Shown here one piece after another: positions 35,607 through 44,686 of a DNA stretch of 64,000 bases; position 1 is the first letter of the stretch; each line of letters opens with the position of its first letter. Position numbers and translations under genes: made by a program. Source of the stretch: Alistipes sp. (GTDB taxonomy: Bacteria; Bacteroidota; Bacteroidia; Bacteroidales; Rikenellaceae); NCBI GenBank assembly GCA_017465605.1, contig JAFTVW010000005.1, positions 73,074 to 137,073 on the forward strand, in the 5' to 3' direction. The notes under the pieces are model-generated. The model searched no databases. It had not been told where the DNA came from and saw nothing but the letters and a program-made list of their open reading frames with translations.

Positions 35607-36305
35607 ATGAAACGAGTAGTGGTATTTACGGGTGCGGGAGTGAGTGCCGATAGTGGCCTTGCTACATTCCGCGACTCTGATGGTTTGTGGGCGCAGTATA
35701 GAATCGAAGATGTATGTACGCCCGAGGCTTTGCAACGTAATAGAGCTTTGGTTGTGGAGTTTTATAACAAACGCCGCAAGGAGTTGTTTTCCGTAGAACC
35801 CAATGCTGCACACCGTGCCATAGCCGAGTTGGAGAGGTATTTCGATGTTGATGTGGTGACTCAAAACGTAGATAACCTGCACGAGAGAGCAGGCTCAAAG
35901 CGAGTGACGCACCTGCACGGAGAGCTGATGAAACTGCGTAGTGAGCGCAATCCCGAATTGATTGTCGATATTGACGGTTGGGAGCAAACTCTTGATGCAA
36001 GAGCCGAAGATGGGGCTTTGCTTCGTCCGCATATTGTCTTTTTCGGAGAGTCGGTGCCTATGTTTGACCGAGCAACTCAAATTGCTGCCGAGGCCGATTT
36101 GATGATTGTGGTGGGTACGTCGCTTGCGGTATATCCTGCGGCAATGTTGGTGCGATATGCCCGAAGTGGGGTGCCTGTCTATGTGGTTGACCCCGGAAAT
36201 CCCGATACCGCAATGATTCGTAATCCACTAACTCACATCAAGGCCCGAGCTGCGGAGGGTATGCCCGAATTGTTGAAGAAACTTGCAAGTGAACTGAGCG
36301 AATGA
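35607..36305 (+). CDS. cobB: NAD-dependent protein deacylase (sirtuin, SIR2 family)
   Basis: GAGVSADSGLATFRD, TQNVDNLHERAG, and the catalytic LHGEL. No Cys4 zinc module is visible in the small domain. Confidence 0.85.
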   Translation: MKRVVVFTGAGVSADSGLATFRDSDGLWAQYRIEDVCTPEALQRNRALVVEFYNKRRKELFSVEPNAAHRAIAELERYFDVDVVTQNVDNLHERAGSKRVTHLHGELMKLRSERNPELIVDIDGWEQTLDARAEDGALLRPHIVFFGESVPMFDRATQIAAEADLMIVVGTSLAVYPAAMLVRYARSGVPVYVVDPGNPDTAMIRNPLTHIKARAAEGMPELLKKLASELSE

Positions 36306-36817
36306 ATATAAAACGTTTTCGAGAAAAGGCTGCTGAGGCTGCTGTGTATTGCCGAGAGCGAGGCTACAACGACCACATCGTGTTGTTGTGGGATTTGTCG
36401 TTGCACTCTGGTCGACGGAGATTTGTCGTGTGGGATATGGTGGGGAATATACCTTTGAGAAAGATGGTTGCTTCGCACGGTAGCGGATTTGAGTGCAGTT
36501 TGCGATATAGTGCATACGCCAAGACATCGAATGTGCCTAATTCGCATCTTAGCTCCGAGGGCCACGCCCTTGTGGCAGAGCGATATAAGGGCCGATATGG
36601 TATTGCTTATCGTCTTGATGGTTTAGACGAGAGTAATTCGGCTATTCGTGAGCGTTGTATAGTGTTGCACGGCTGGCGACACACTACGTCCTATCCCATT
36701 TGGCCAATGCCTACCGTCGGTAGTTGGGGGTGTCCTGTGGTTTCGGAGCGTGCAATGGCCATATTAGATGAGATTTTGCGTGATGAGCAGAATGTGGTTT
36801 TATGGGCATATAGATAA
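36302..36817 (+). CDS. L,D-transpeptidase catalytic-domain family protein (YkuD_2-like) with no signal peptide
   Basis: ASHGSG..., SSEGHALV, CIVLHGW and GSWGCPVV (catalytic His/Cys motifs). Its start overlaps the sirtuin stop as ATGA. Confidence 0.65.
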   Translation: MNIKRFREKAAEAAVYCRERGYNDHIVLLWDLSLHSGRRRFVVWDMVGNIPLRKMVASHGSGFECSLRYSAYAKTSNVPNSHLSSEGHALVAERYKGRYGIAYRLDGLDESNSAIRERCIVLHGWRHTTSYPIWPMPTVGSWGCPVVSERAMAILDEILRDEQNVVLWAYR

Positions 36818-36853
36818 TTTTTTATAAGAATAAAAATTTCAGAATTAAATTAT

Positions 36854-36890
36854 AAACGTTATCTTTGTGCGGATAACGTTTATTTTTTTT
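36854..36890 (+). terminator. Rho-independent terminator after the sirtuin operon
   Basis: 10-bp stem aaacgttatc/gataacgttt followed by a T8 run. Confidence 0.75.
36860..36867 (+). promoter_or_regulatory. -7 box embedded in the terminator hairpin, upstream of the beta-propeller lipoprotein gene
   Basis: tatctttg lies 38 nt upstream of the ATG at 36906. Confidence 0.35.
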
Positions 36891-36905
36891 GTTATTAAGA
36901 ATCGA

Positions 36906-38027
36906 ATGAATAAAATTGTATGTTTGTTTGCGGGGTTTGCCTTGATGTTTTTAGGAGGTTGTGGAAGTGACAGTGGGCAGACCGATGCTGAGTTTCGACA
37001 AATTGTAATAAATCCAGAAAGGAGCGATTCGCCCGAGTATGAGAATTGGGTGAAGGGTATTGAGTATATCCCATTGGAGACTCGTCAGGAGTGTTTGGTG
37101 GGTGGCGATATTCAAGATGTGGTATTCCACGACGATAAGTTTTATATTATGAGCGACCGAAAGCGCGTGCAGTGCTTTGATAGAGATGGAAAGTTTCTGT
37201 TTAATGTCGGTTATGAGGGTCGTGGTCCGGGCGAGTACTCATCGCTGGGTAATATCACGATAGATGGGGGAGTGGTGTATGCATATTGCAGGGCTAATAC
37301 GATATTACATAGCTACGATGCTGCAACTGGTGAGTATATCAAAAGCTACGAAATGCCCAAGCTTTACTCGCAGGTGAATGTCCGTGATGGTTACATATAT
37401 GTTACGGGAGTTAATTTAGATGGCGAGAAGTCGCGCTTTGTGATTGATGTAATGCCGTTGAAGAATATGGAGAAGGTAACTCGACTTTATGCTTCAGCCG
37501 AAGGAGAGAAAATTCGTGGAAATTGGCGACAACTATACAATTCAAAAGATTGTCTTGTGTGGGTTGATGAGTTGCGTGGAAAGGTGTGGCGTTTGGCTGA
37601 TGGTAAGATGGAGAGTTGGTTGGATTTCGACTTTGGCGACAAGGAGTGGAGCGATGAGGTGTTGCTGTCGGGAGGATTCCTTTATAATGAGTCAACTAAG
37701 GTGTCGGGAATATCGAACTTTTATGTCGATGGAGATAATATCTATTTTGAGTATGCATATAATAAGAAGCTTTATAATCTCTATTACAATCTTAAAACGG
37801 GGGACTACTATAATGTTGATTTTATGAGTTACGCTACCCCGAAACTTTACTATAAGCAACCGTTGGTTACGTGTGCTACCGACCGTTGGATTGGAATAAT
37901 GTTGGTGCCGTATAGGACATTTGAAGGTGATGATTCGATTCCTGCGTCGTTCTCAACTTACAACCGTTTGAAGGGTTTGAAGAACGATGAGAGTAATCCT
38001 GTGATATGCATTTACGATATGAGATAA
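36906..38027 (+). CDS. 6-bladed beta-propeller lipoprotein (BF3164-like family)
   Basis: Lipobox FLGGC at the corrected start (MNKIVCLFAGF), and the characteristic GRGPGEY motif. Confidence 0.65.
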   Translation: MNKIVCLFAGFALMFLGGCGSDSGQTDAEFRQIVINPERSDSPEYENWVKGIEYIPLETRQECLVGGDIQDVVFHDDKFYIMSDRKRVQCFDRDGKFLFNVGYEGRGPGEYSSLGNITIDGGVVYAYCRANTILHSYDAATGEYIKSYEMPKLYSQVNVRDGYIYVTGVNLDGEKSRFVIDVMPLKNMEKVTRLYASAEGEKIRGNWRQLYNSKDCLVWVDELRGKVWRLADGKMESWLDFDFGDKEWSDEVLLSGGFLYNESTKVSGISNFYVDGDNIYFEYAYNKKLYNLYYNLKTGDYYNVDFMSYATPKLYYKQPLVTCATDRWIGIMLVPYRTFEGDDSIPASFSTYNRLKGLKNDESNPVICIYDMR

Positions 38028-38035
38028 AAATGGAA

Positions 38036-38262
38036 GCTGTCTCACAAAGCTCTTTTGTTGTTTCTCTTGCTCTCAAAGTCCTCAAATACACTAAGTATGC
38101 TGCGGTTTATCGGGCTTTGAGGGCCTAAAATAGCTCTTGTTATTAAAGAAGTTGTCTAACAAGGTGATTTCTGCGTTACGCTTGCCCTCAAATGCTCATT
38201 TACACCGAGTAAACTGCGCTTTTTCGGGCTACGCAAGCCTTGAAATCCCTCATATTATACAA
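38036..38262. repeat. Two tandem, diverged copies of the structured intergenic repeat family
   Basis: Unit 1 reads ctgtctcacaaagctcttttg...ctcaaagtcctcaaatacactaagtatgctgcgg...aaaatagctcttgtta. Unit 2 begins tgtctaacaagg at 38153. Both are homologous to the units at 2048-2448 and to 62801-62954. Confidence 0.8.
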
Positions 38263-38269
38263 CTCCTAA

Positions 38270-38307
38270 CAAAAAGGGAGTGTCTAAAAAACTTGTTAGA
38301 CACTCCC
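38270..38307 (-). terminator. Rho-independent terminator of tnaA
   Basis: Stem gggagtgtctaa/ttagacactccc with a T5 run on the minus strand. Confidence 0.8.
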
Positions 38308-38331
38308 TTATAGTTGTCGGCTGATTGCCTA

Positions 38332-39786
38332 TTATAAGCTATCGCCAAAGTCCTTGCGGAACTTCTCCAATAGGCGAGCGGGCCAATTTGTCTTAGGCTC
38401 CAAACCGCCCATAAAGAATCGAAGTACAGGAGGCTCATAAACAAACTTCAATCCGCCAATGAGCTTGCGATTCTGGTAGAGCCAATCCACACGGTCGATA
38501 ACATAGTTAATCTGCGAGAGTGTGAATACTCGGCGAGGAACTGCCAAACGCAACAACTCAACATCGGCCAAAATCTCGTTGCCGTTCTCGTCGCGTACGC
38601 TTGATACTGTACCACGCTCCATACCGCGAATACCTGAGCAAATGTAGAGTGCTGCTGCCAATGCGCCTGCGGGATACTCCTCCTGTGGGATATGCTCGCA
38701 GAACTTCATTGCATCGACGTGTGCGCCCAATACTCCCGGAGGTGTTACCATAGGCACGCCACGCTTCTCCAACTCCTCAACCAAATACTTGATGAAGTTG
38801 GGGCTCTGGCTAATCATAGTCTCGTCGAGCGACTCGTAAAGACCTACTGTCATAGCCTCAATTTCGCGAACTGAGATACCACCGTATGTGAGGAAGCCCT
38901 CGTACAAAGGAATCATTGCCTCCATTTTTGCGTAGAGCGCACGCTGGTTGGTGCAGATACCACCACCACGAGAAGATGAGAGCTTACGAGCCGAGAAGTA
39001 AACCAAGTCGGCAAGACCTGTCATCATCTTCAAAATCTCGCCCATAGAGTTCTCCTTCCAGTTGTCCTCGCGCTGCTTGATAAGGTAGGCGTTCTCACCG
39101 ATAAGGCTGGCATCGAGTACAAGCATAATTCCATACTTGTCGGCAATGCGACGCACGTCCATCAAGTTTGCCATAGAGAAGGGCTGACCACCGATAAGGT
39201 TGGTAGAGGCCTCCATACGGATAAATGGAATGTTCTCAACACCCACCTCGTTGATGCAGTTCTCCAACTTCTCGATATCCATATTACCCTTGAAAGGGTG
39301 CTCCGATTTGAGCTCGGTGGCGTGGTCGTGCAAAAGCTCTACAACTCGACCGCCATTCTCCTGAATATGTGCAAGAGTAGTGGTGAAGTGGTAGTTCATT
39401 GGGATAACGTGACCTGGCTTTACGAATGTATGGCAGATTACGTTCTCGGCAGCACGTCCCTGGTGAACGGGCAAAAGATACTTCTTGCCAAGTACGTCCA
39501 ATACGGCTTTCTGCAAACGCTCGAAAGATTGTGAACCTGCGTATGCATCGTCGGCGTGCATCATAGCTGCGAGCTGGTTGTCGCTCATTGCGTTGGTGCC
39601 GCTATCGGTAAGCATATCGAGGAATACATCTTTTGTACTCAAACGGAATGTGTTGAATCCTGCCTCTTTCATTGCCTCCAAACGACGCTCAATGGGCACC
39701 AAGTGGAGTTTCTGCACAACGCGAACCTTGTGTAATTCGAGTGGCAAATCGCCACCACGATAGAACTTTACTTTACTTGTTGACAT
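38332..39786 (-). CDS. tnaA: Tryptophanase / beta-eliminating lyase family (tryptophan indole-lyase; tyrosine phenol-lyase not excluded)
   Basis: FRLSTKDVFLDMLTDSGTNAMSDNQ, the PLP-Lys region YFSARKLSS, and a length of 484 aa. Confidence 0.8.
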   Translation of the reverse strand: MSTSKVKFYRGGDLPLELHKVRVVQKLHLVPIERRLEAMKEAGFNTFRLSTKDVFLDMLTDSGTNAMSDNQLAAMMHADDAYAGSQSFERLQKAVLDVLGKKYLLPVHQGRAAENVICHTFVKPGHVIPMNYHFTTTLAHIQENGGRVVELLHDHATELKSEHPFKGNMDIEKLENCINEVGVENIPFIRMEASTNLIGGQPFSMANLMDVRRIADKYGIMLVLDASLIGENAYLIKQREDNWKENSMGEILKMMTGLADLVYFSARKLSSSRGGGICTNQRALYAKMEAMIPLYEGFLTYGGISVREIEAMTVGLYESLDETMISQSPNFIKYLVEELEKRGVPMVTPPGVLGAHVDAMKFCEHIPQEEYPAGALAAALYICSGIRGMERGTVSSVRDENGNEILADVELLRLAVPRRVFTLSQINYVIDRVDWLYQNRKLIGGLKFVYEPPVLRFFMGGLEPKTNWPARLLEKFRKDFGDSL

Positions 39787-39873
39787 TTTCTATATTCGTT
39801 AAAATTATTATAATTCAACTATATGTCGCAACCAGCGTAAGTCTATTTGACTAAGCGAGTTGGTATGGAATCC

Positions 39874-39881
39874 CAAAAGTA
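39874..39881 (-). promoter_or_regulatory. -7 box for tnaA
   Basis: tacttttg on the minus strand, about 88 nt upstream of the ATG at 39786. Confidence 0.4.
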
Positions 39882-39902
39882 GTGCATTTTTAATAAAATT
39901 AC

Positions 39903-39941
39903 AAAACAGACCACATAATTTTTGCTTATGCGGTCTGTTTT
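39903..39941. terminator. Terminator after meaB (bidirectional hairpin)
   Basis: 14-bp stem aacagaccacataa/ttatgcggtctgtt (one mismatch) flanked by an A run and a T run. Confidence 0.7.
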
Positions 39942-40024
39942 ATGTTTTATTTGTGCTTATTTATGCAGCAAACTGAAAATATGCGGCCTAAATATGCGAT
40001 TAATAGTTCTCACCTTAGACTGCG

Positions 40025-41137
40025 TTATTTCTCCTTGAAGTAGATGTCAAGAAGCTCTTTTGCTGCGATAAACGAGCTGAGGCGGGCCTCCAATACTCGT
40101 TGTTCGACATCGGCAATGCGCTCGGCAATTTCTGGATTCTGGTAGAAACTGCTCTTCAAAGTCTCGTTGATACTCTCGTACATCCAATACTTATTCTGGC
40201 GATTGCGATTGGCCTCGTAGTATCCGTTAGCTTGAATGTGGTCGAGATACTCCTCGACACCCTTCCATACCTCTTCCAATCCTGTTTGAGCTACCGAAGA
40301 ACAAGTGTAAACTTTTGGTCTCCAACCCGATTCGGGAGTTGGGAAGAGATGTAGCGCGCCTTGATACTGTACCTTCGCAAGCTCGGCTTTATGGACATTC
40401 TCTCCGTCGGCTTTGGTTATGACCATCATATCGGCCATCTCCATAATTCCACGTTTGATACCCTGCAATTCATCACCTGCGCCCGAAATCTGCAACATCA
40501 TAAACATATCAACCATCGAGTGTACGGCAGTTTCGGATTGGCCAACACCTACGGTTTCAATAAAGATGACATCGTATCCCGCAGCCTCGCACAATACGAT
40601 TGTCTCGCGTGTCTTACGGGCTACACCGCCCAATGAGCCAGCCGATGGTGAAGGGCGTATGAAGATGTCGGGATTTGATGAAATGCTCTCCATTCGAGTC
40701 TTGTCGCCCAAAATAGAGCCGCCGCTACGCTCCGAACTTGGGTCAATAGCCAAAACGGCCAATTTGTGGCGTAATGACGCAACCATTCCGCCGATAGCCT
40801 CGATGAATGTGGATTTTCCTGCTCCCGGAACGCCTGTGATGCCGATTCTTACCGAGTGGCCTGCGTGTGGAAGGCAACGCTCGATAATCTCCTGCGCTTG
40901 GGCGTAATGCTCGGCTTTGTTGCTCTCGATGAGGGTGATTGCTTGTGAAAGAATGGTGATGTCTCCCTTCAAAATTCCTTCAACATACTCATCGGTGGTG
41001 ATTGTGCGGCGTTTCTTGCGCTTGAAATATGGATTGACGATTGGTTGGTCGTCAACACCTTCCGTAACGTTGAGTGCGCTTTCGTGATGAGTATCGAGGT
41101 ACTCCTTCTCGTAATGTTCTATCTTCGTGAAAGCCAT
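40025..41137 (-). CDS. meaB: Methylmalonyl-CoA mutase-associated GTPase (ArgK/MeaB)
   Basis: GITGVPGAGKST P-loop, ETVGVGQSE and ITKAD motifs. Confidence 0.9.
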   Translation of the reverse strand: MAFTKIEHYEKEYLDTHHESALNVTEGVDDQPIVNPYFKRKKRRTITTDEYVEGILKGDITILSQAITLIESNKAEHYAQAQEIIERCLPHAGHSVRIGITGVPGAGKSTFIEAIGGMVASLRHKLAVLAIDPSSERSGGSILGDKTRMESISSNPDIFIRPSPSAGSLGGVARKTRETIVLCEAAGYDVIFIETVGVGQSETAVHSMVDMFMMLQISGAGDELQGIKRGIMEMADMMVITKADGENVHKAELAKVQYQGALHLFPTPESGWRPKVYTCSSVAQTGLEEVWKGVEEYLDHIQANGYYEANRNRQNKYWMYESINETLKSSFYQNPEIAERIADVEQRVLEARLSSFIAAKELLDIYFKEK

Positions 41138-41139
41138 TT

Positions 41140-41622
41140 TTATTTCCGTTTATATGTTAAAATCCTATCAAAAGTCTTTTCGTCGAAACTCTTGGCGTGG
41201 CCGCACCATACGGCATATCCCTTTTTGTCGTATATCACGCAGAAAGGAATGAATCGAACTCCATAGGCGATGAATGTTCGCCCGCCATCGTCGAATGCTA
41301 CACCAACTCGGTCGCTAAGATGCTCGGTGAGGGTAACACCCGCTTTGCTGTAATCCTCTTTGGTTAGTATTATCAAGTTTAATTTTCCTTCGTAAGTGTT
41401 AACGATTCGTTTGATTTTGGGTAGGCACTCTTGGCAACGGGGACTTTTGGAGTGGTAGAAGATAATGCAGGTGTAATCCGCTGCGTCGGGCTGCAAATCC
41501 ATCAGCCACGAGCGAATCCTGCTATCGGGGACCTTCTCTCCTAAGATTATGTTTTGAGCCTCTGCCGAAGTCGTGGTTAGCATAAAAGCAATAGCCGCGA
41601 CAATCGTTAACAATAGTTTCAT
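41140..41622 (-). CDS. Secreted thioredoxin-fold (TlpA/redoxin-like) protein
   Basis: Signal peptide, CxxC (SPRCQEC) in a thioredoxin-like context, and an IPFCVIYDKKG strand. Its stop lies 2 nt upstream of the meaB ATG at 41137. Confidence 0.5.
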   Translation of the reverse strand: MKLLLTIVAAIAFMLTTTSAEAQNIILGEKVPDSRIRSWLMDLQPDAADYTCIIFYHSKSPRCQECLPKIKRIVNTYEGKLNLIILTKEDYSKAGVTLTEHLSDRVGVAFDDGGRTFIAYGVRFIPFCVIYDKKGYAVWCGHAKSFDEKTFDRILTYKRK

Positions 41623-41796
41623 TTTCCTGTTTGGGTTGATTTGTCGGGAGCGAATTTAGCAACTTTCGGGCAAAGAAACAAGCCTTTTGGCAAGTATCAT
41701 CTCTATAAAGATGAGTTGCGGTGTTGAAGCTTGAAATATTAATCACGAAAAGAGTATAAACTTGCCCGAATATTTCGTTATTTGAGAATTTACTCG

Positions 41797-41804
41797 TATC
41801 TTTG
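41797..41804 (+). promoter_or_regulatory. -7 box for the epimerase/decarboxylase operon
   Basis: tatctttg lies about 85 nt upstream of the ATG at 41889. Confidence 0.45.
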
Positions 41805-41888
41805 TGAGGTTTTGCGCGTGTACGCAAAGTATGTTGGACAAATAACCAAAATTTACATATACAACAAACAATTTAATCATTAAAAATT

Positions 41889-42299
41889 ATGAAAGTTTCA
41901 CACATTGAACATCTCGGTATTGCCGTGAAGAGCTTGGAAGAGGCTATCCCTTATTGGGAGAACGTATTGGGCTTGAAGTGTTATGCAATTGAGGAGGTTG
42001 CTGACCAGAAGGTTAAGACTGCATTCTTCAAGATTGGCCAGACAAAGATTGAGCTTTTGGAGCCCACTTCTGAGGACTCTACAATTGCTAAGTATATCGA
42101 GAATCGCGGCGTAGGTATCCACCATATGGCTCTTGCTTGTGAGAATATCGAGGAGCAGTTGGCTGACGCCGAGGCACAGGGTGTTCGTTTGATTGACAAG
42201 ACTCCACGCAAGGGTGCAGAGGGTCTCACAATCGCATTCCTTCACCCAAAATCAACTCAGGGTATTTTGACAGAGTTGTGCGAGGATAAGAACAAATAA
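41889..42299 (+). CDS. mce: Methylmalonyl-CoA epimerase (VOC/glyoxalase fold)
   Basis: [13 protein letters not shown] and GIHHMA motifs, 136 aa, and the operon context. Confidence 0.88.
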   Translation: MKVSHIEHLGIAVKSLEEAIPYWENVLGLKCYAIEEVADQKVKTAFFKIGQTKIELLEPTSEDSTIAKYIENRGVGIHHMALACENIEEQLADAEAQGVRLIDKTPRKGAEGLTIAFLHPKSTQGILTELCEDKNK

Positions 42300-42324
42300 T
42301 AATTTTAATCAATATTAGCACTTT

Positions 42325-43890
42325 ATGAGCGAAATTCAAAAACAACAGGTAGCCAAACTTATTGAGAATCGTGAGGTTGCCCGTATGGGTGGTGGCGAAA
42401 AGGCTATCCAGAAACAGCATGACAAGGGTAAATATACTGCACGCGAGCGTATCCAGATGCTTTTGGACGAGGGTAGCTTCGAGGAGTTCGATATGTTCGT
42501 AACTCACCGTTGCTATGACTTCGGTATGGAGAAGAAGCACACCTTTGGTGATGGTGTAGTAACAGGTTACGGTACAATCGATGGCCGTTTGGTTTATGTA
42601 TTTGCACAGGACTTTACCGTTACAGCAGGTTCATTGTCAATCTCTTTGGCAGACAAGATTTGCAAGGTAATGGATATGGCAATGCGTAATGGTGCTCCTT
42701 GCATCGGTTTGAACGATTCAGGTGGTGCCCGTATTCAGGAGGGTGTAAACGCTTTGGCAGGTTATGCAAATATCTTCCAGCGTAACGTGATGGCTTCTGG
42801 TGTTATCCCACAGATTTCAGCAATCTTCGGTCCTTGCGCAGGTGGTGCGGTTTATTCACCAGCGTTGACTGACTTTATCATTATGCGCCGTCAGACATCT
42901 AATATGTTCCTTACAGGTCCTAAGGTTGTTAAGACCGTTACAGGTGAGGACGTAACTCAGGAGCAGTTGGGTGGTGCCGATATGCACACAACTAAGAGTG
43001 GTGTTGCTCAGTTTGCAGTTGATACTGAGGAGGAGGGTATCGCACTTATTCGTGGCTTGCTCTCATATATGCCACAGAACAATATGGAGCCCGCTCCAAA
43101 GATTGCTTGTGCCGACGATATCGCACGCAAGGAGGATATCTTGAACGAGATTATTCCTGACAATCCAAACAAGCCATACGATATGTACGAGGTAATCCGC
43201 AGCATCGTTGATAATGGTGAGTATTTGGAGAGCGCAGCATCGTATGCAAAGAATATCATCACTTGCTTTGCTCGTTTTAATGGTCAGAGCGTAGGTATCA
43301 TCGCTAACCAGCCTAACTTTATGGCAGGTGTGCTCGATATCAATGCCAGCCGTAAGGCAGCTCGCTTTGTTCGTTTCTGCGACGCATTCAACATTCCTAT
43401 CGTTACTTTGGTTGACGTTCCAGGATTCTTGCCCGGTACAGGTCAGGAGTATGGTGGCGTAATTACTCACGGTGCAAAGCTCTTGTTTGCATACTGCGAG
43501 GCTACTGTACCTAAGGTTACAGTTACTTTGCGTAAGGCTTACGGTGGCGCATATATCGTGATGTCATCTAAGCACATTCGTGGTGATATCAACTACGCTT
43601 GGCCAACTGCTGAGATCGCAGTTATGGGTGCAAGTGGTGCTGTTGAGGTATTGCACGCTAAGGCTTTGGCTGCATTCGAGAACGCAGAGGAGAAGGCTAA
43701 GTTTGTTGCCGAGAAGGAGCAGGAGTACAAGGATAAGTTCTCTAACCCCTACAACGCAGCTCGCTACGGTTATATCGATGACGTTATTGAGCCTCGTAAC
43801 ACTCGCTTCCGCGTAATCCGCGCTTTGGAGTCATTGCAGACTAAGCGTGAGGTTAACCCAGCTAAGAAGCACAGCAATATTCCTTTGTAA
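42325..43890 (+). CDS. mmdA: Methylmalonyl-CoA decarboxylase alpha subunit (acyl-CoA carboxyltransferase)
   Basis: Carboxyltransferase N and C halves ([33 protein letters not shown]). Confidence 0.9.
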   Translation: MSEIQKQQVAKLIENREVARMGGGEKAIQKQHDKGKYTARERIQMLLDEGSFEEFDMFVTHRCYDFGMEKKHTFGDGVVTGYGTIDGRLVYVFAQDFTVTAGSLSISLADKICKVMDMAMRNGAPCIGLNDSGGARIQEGVNALAGYANIFQRNVMASGVIPQISAIFGPCAGGAVYSPALTDFIIMRRQTSNMFLTGPKVVKTVTGEDVTQEQLGGADMHTTKSGVAQFAVDTEEEGIALIRGLLSYMPQNNMEPAPKIACADDIARKEDILNEIIPDNPNKPYDMYEVIRSIVDNGEYLESAASYAKNIITCFARFNGQSVGIIANQPNFMAGVLDINASRKAARFVRFCDAFNIPIVTLVDVPGFLPGTGQEYGGVITHGAKLLFAYCEATVPKVTVTLRKAYGGAYIVMSSKHIRGDINYAWPTAEIAVMGASGAVEVLHAKALAAFENAEEKAKFVAEKEQEYKDKFSNPYNAARYGYIDDVIEPRNTRFRVIRALESLQTKREVNPAKKHSNIPL

Positions 43891-43913
43891 TCTAATATAA
43901 GTTGTAGTATAAT

Positions 43914-44231
43914 ATGACAATGTTAGCAATTAACTGGGGTAATGCATTTTTGATTACTGGCGTAGGTTTCGGATTGGTATTTACAGTACTTGTGCTGCTT
44001 ATCTTTATCGTAAAACTCTTTGGTGTAATCTTCGTGCAGAAACCCAAGACACAGGCAGCTGCTGTTGCAGCTCCTGCGGCAGTGGAGGCTACTGACGAAA
44101 CGGATATGGCCGCAATCGCATACGTCTTGCACACGTTCTATAACCAGCACGACGAGGAGAGTGATGTCCTTACTATCCGTCACGACGATGTGGCATATTC
44201 ACCGTGGAATCAGAAAAGTATAACATTCTAA
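43914..44231 (+). CDS. OadG-family small subunit (decarboxylase delta/gamma-type anchor)
   Basis: A single N-terminal TM helix (ITGVGFGLVFTVLVLLIFIV), an Ala-rich linker, and its position in the operon. Confidence 0.75.
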   Translation: MTMLAINWGNAFLITGVGFGLVFTVLVLLIFIVKLFGVIFVQKPKTQAAAVAAPAAVEATDETDMAAIAYVLHTFYNQHDEESDVLTIRHDDVAYSPWNQKSITF

Positions 44232-44244
44232 TCAATTAGAAAAA

Positions 44245-44679
44245 ATGCAAAAACTTAATTTCAATATCAATGGTAAGCACTATGAGGCTACCATCACCGA
44301 GGTAGAGCACAACGTAGCAGAGGTAGAGCTCAACGGTAAGAAATATACTATCGACGTAGAGCGTTCAGAGGCTGTTGCTGTTCCTCATATCGCAACTCCT
44401 AAGGCTGCTCCCGTTGCAGCAGCTCCTGCGGCTGCTGCTCCCGCACCAAAGAAGGCTGCGGCTGGTGCTAATGCAATCGTAGCTCCATTGCCAGGTAGTG
44501 TTGTATCAATCAGCGTTAAGGCAGGTGATGCTGTTAAGTCAGGTCAGCAGTTGGCAGTTATCGAGGCAATGAAGATGGAGAACGAGATTTTGGCTCCCGC
44601 CGACGGTACAGTTAAGGCTGTTCACGTTTCAGCAGGTCAGGCTGTACAGCAGGGTGACGCACTTATTGAGTTGGCATAA
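44245..44679 (+). CDS. Biotin carboxyl carrier subunit of the decarboxylase
   Basis: An Ala/Pro-rich linker and the biotinyl-Lys motif EAMKMEN. Confidence 0.9.
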   Translation: MQKLNFNINGKHYEATITEVEHNVAEVELNGKKYTIDVERSEAVAVPHIATPKAAPVAAAPAAAAPAPKKAAAGANAIVAPLPGSVVSISVKAGDAVKSGQQLAVIEAMKMENEILAPADGTVKAVHVSAGQAVQQGDALIELA

Positions 44680-44686
44680 CCTTAAA

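Noticed and set aside
35607-36305. SIR2-domain protein as an anti-phage effector (Thoeris ThsA, DSR, SIR2-HerA, or pAgo-associated)
   Set aside because: It is a short 232-aa stand-alone canonical sirtuin with intact deacylase motifs. It has no SLOG, TIR, HerA, pAgo or other partner domains or genes in the neighbourhood.
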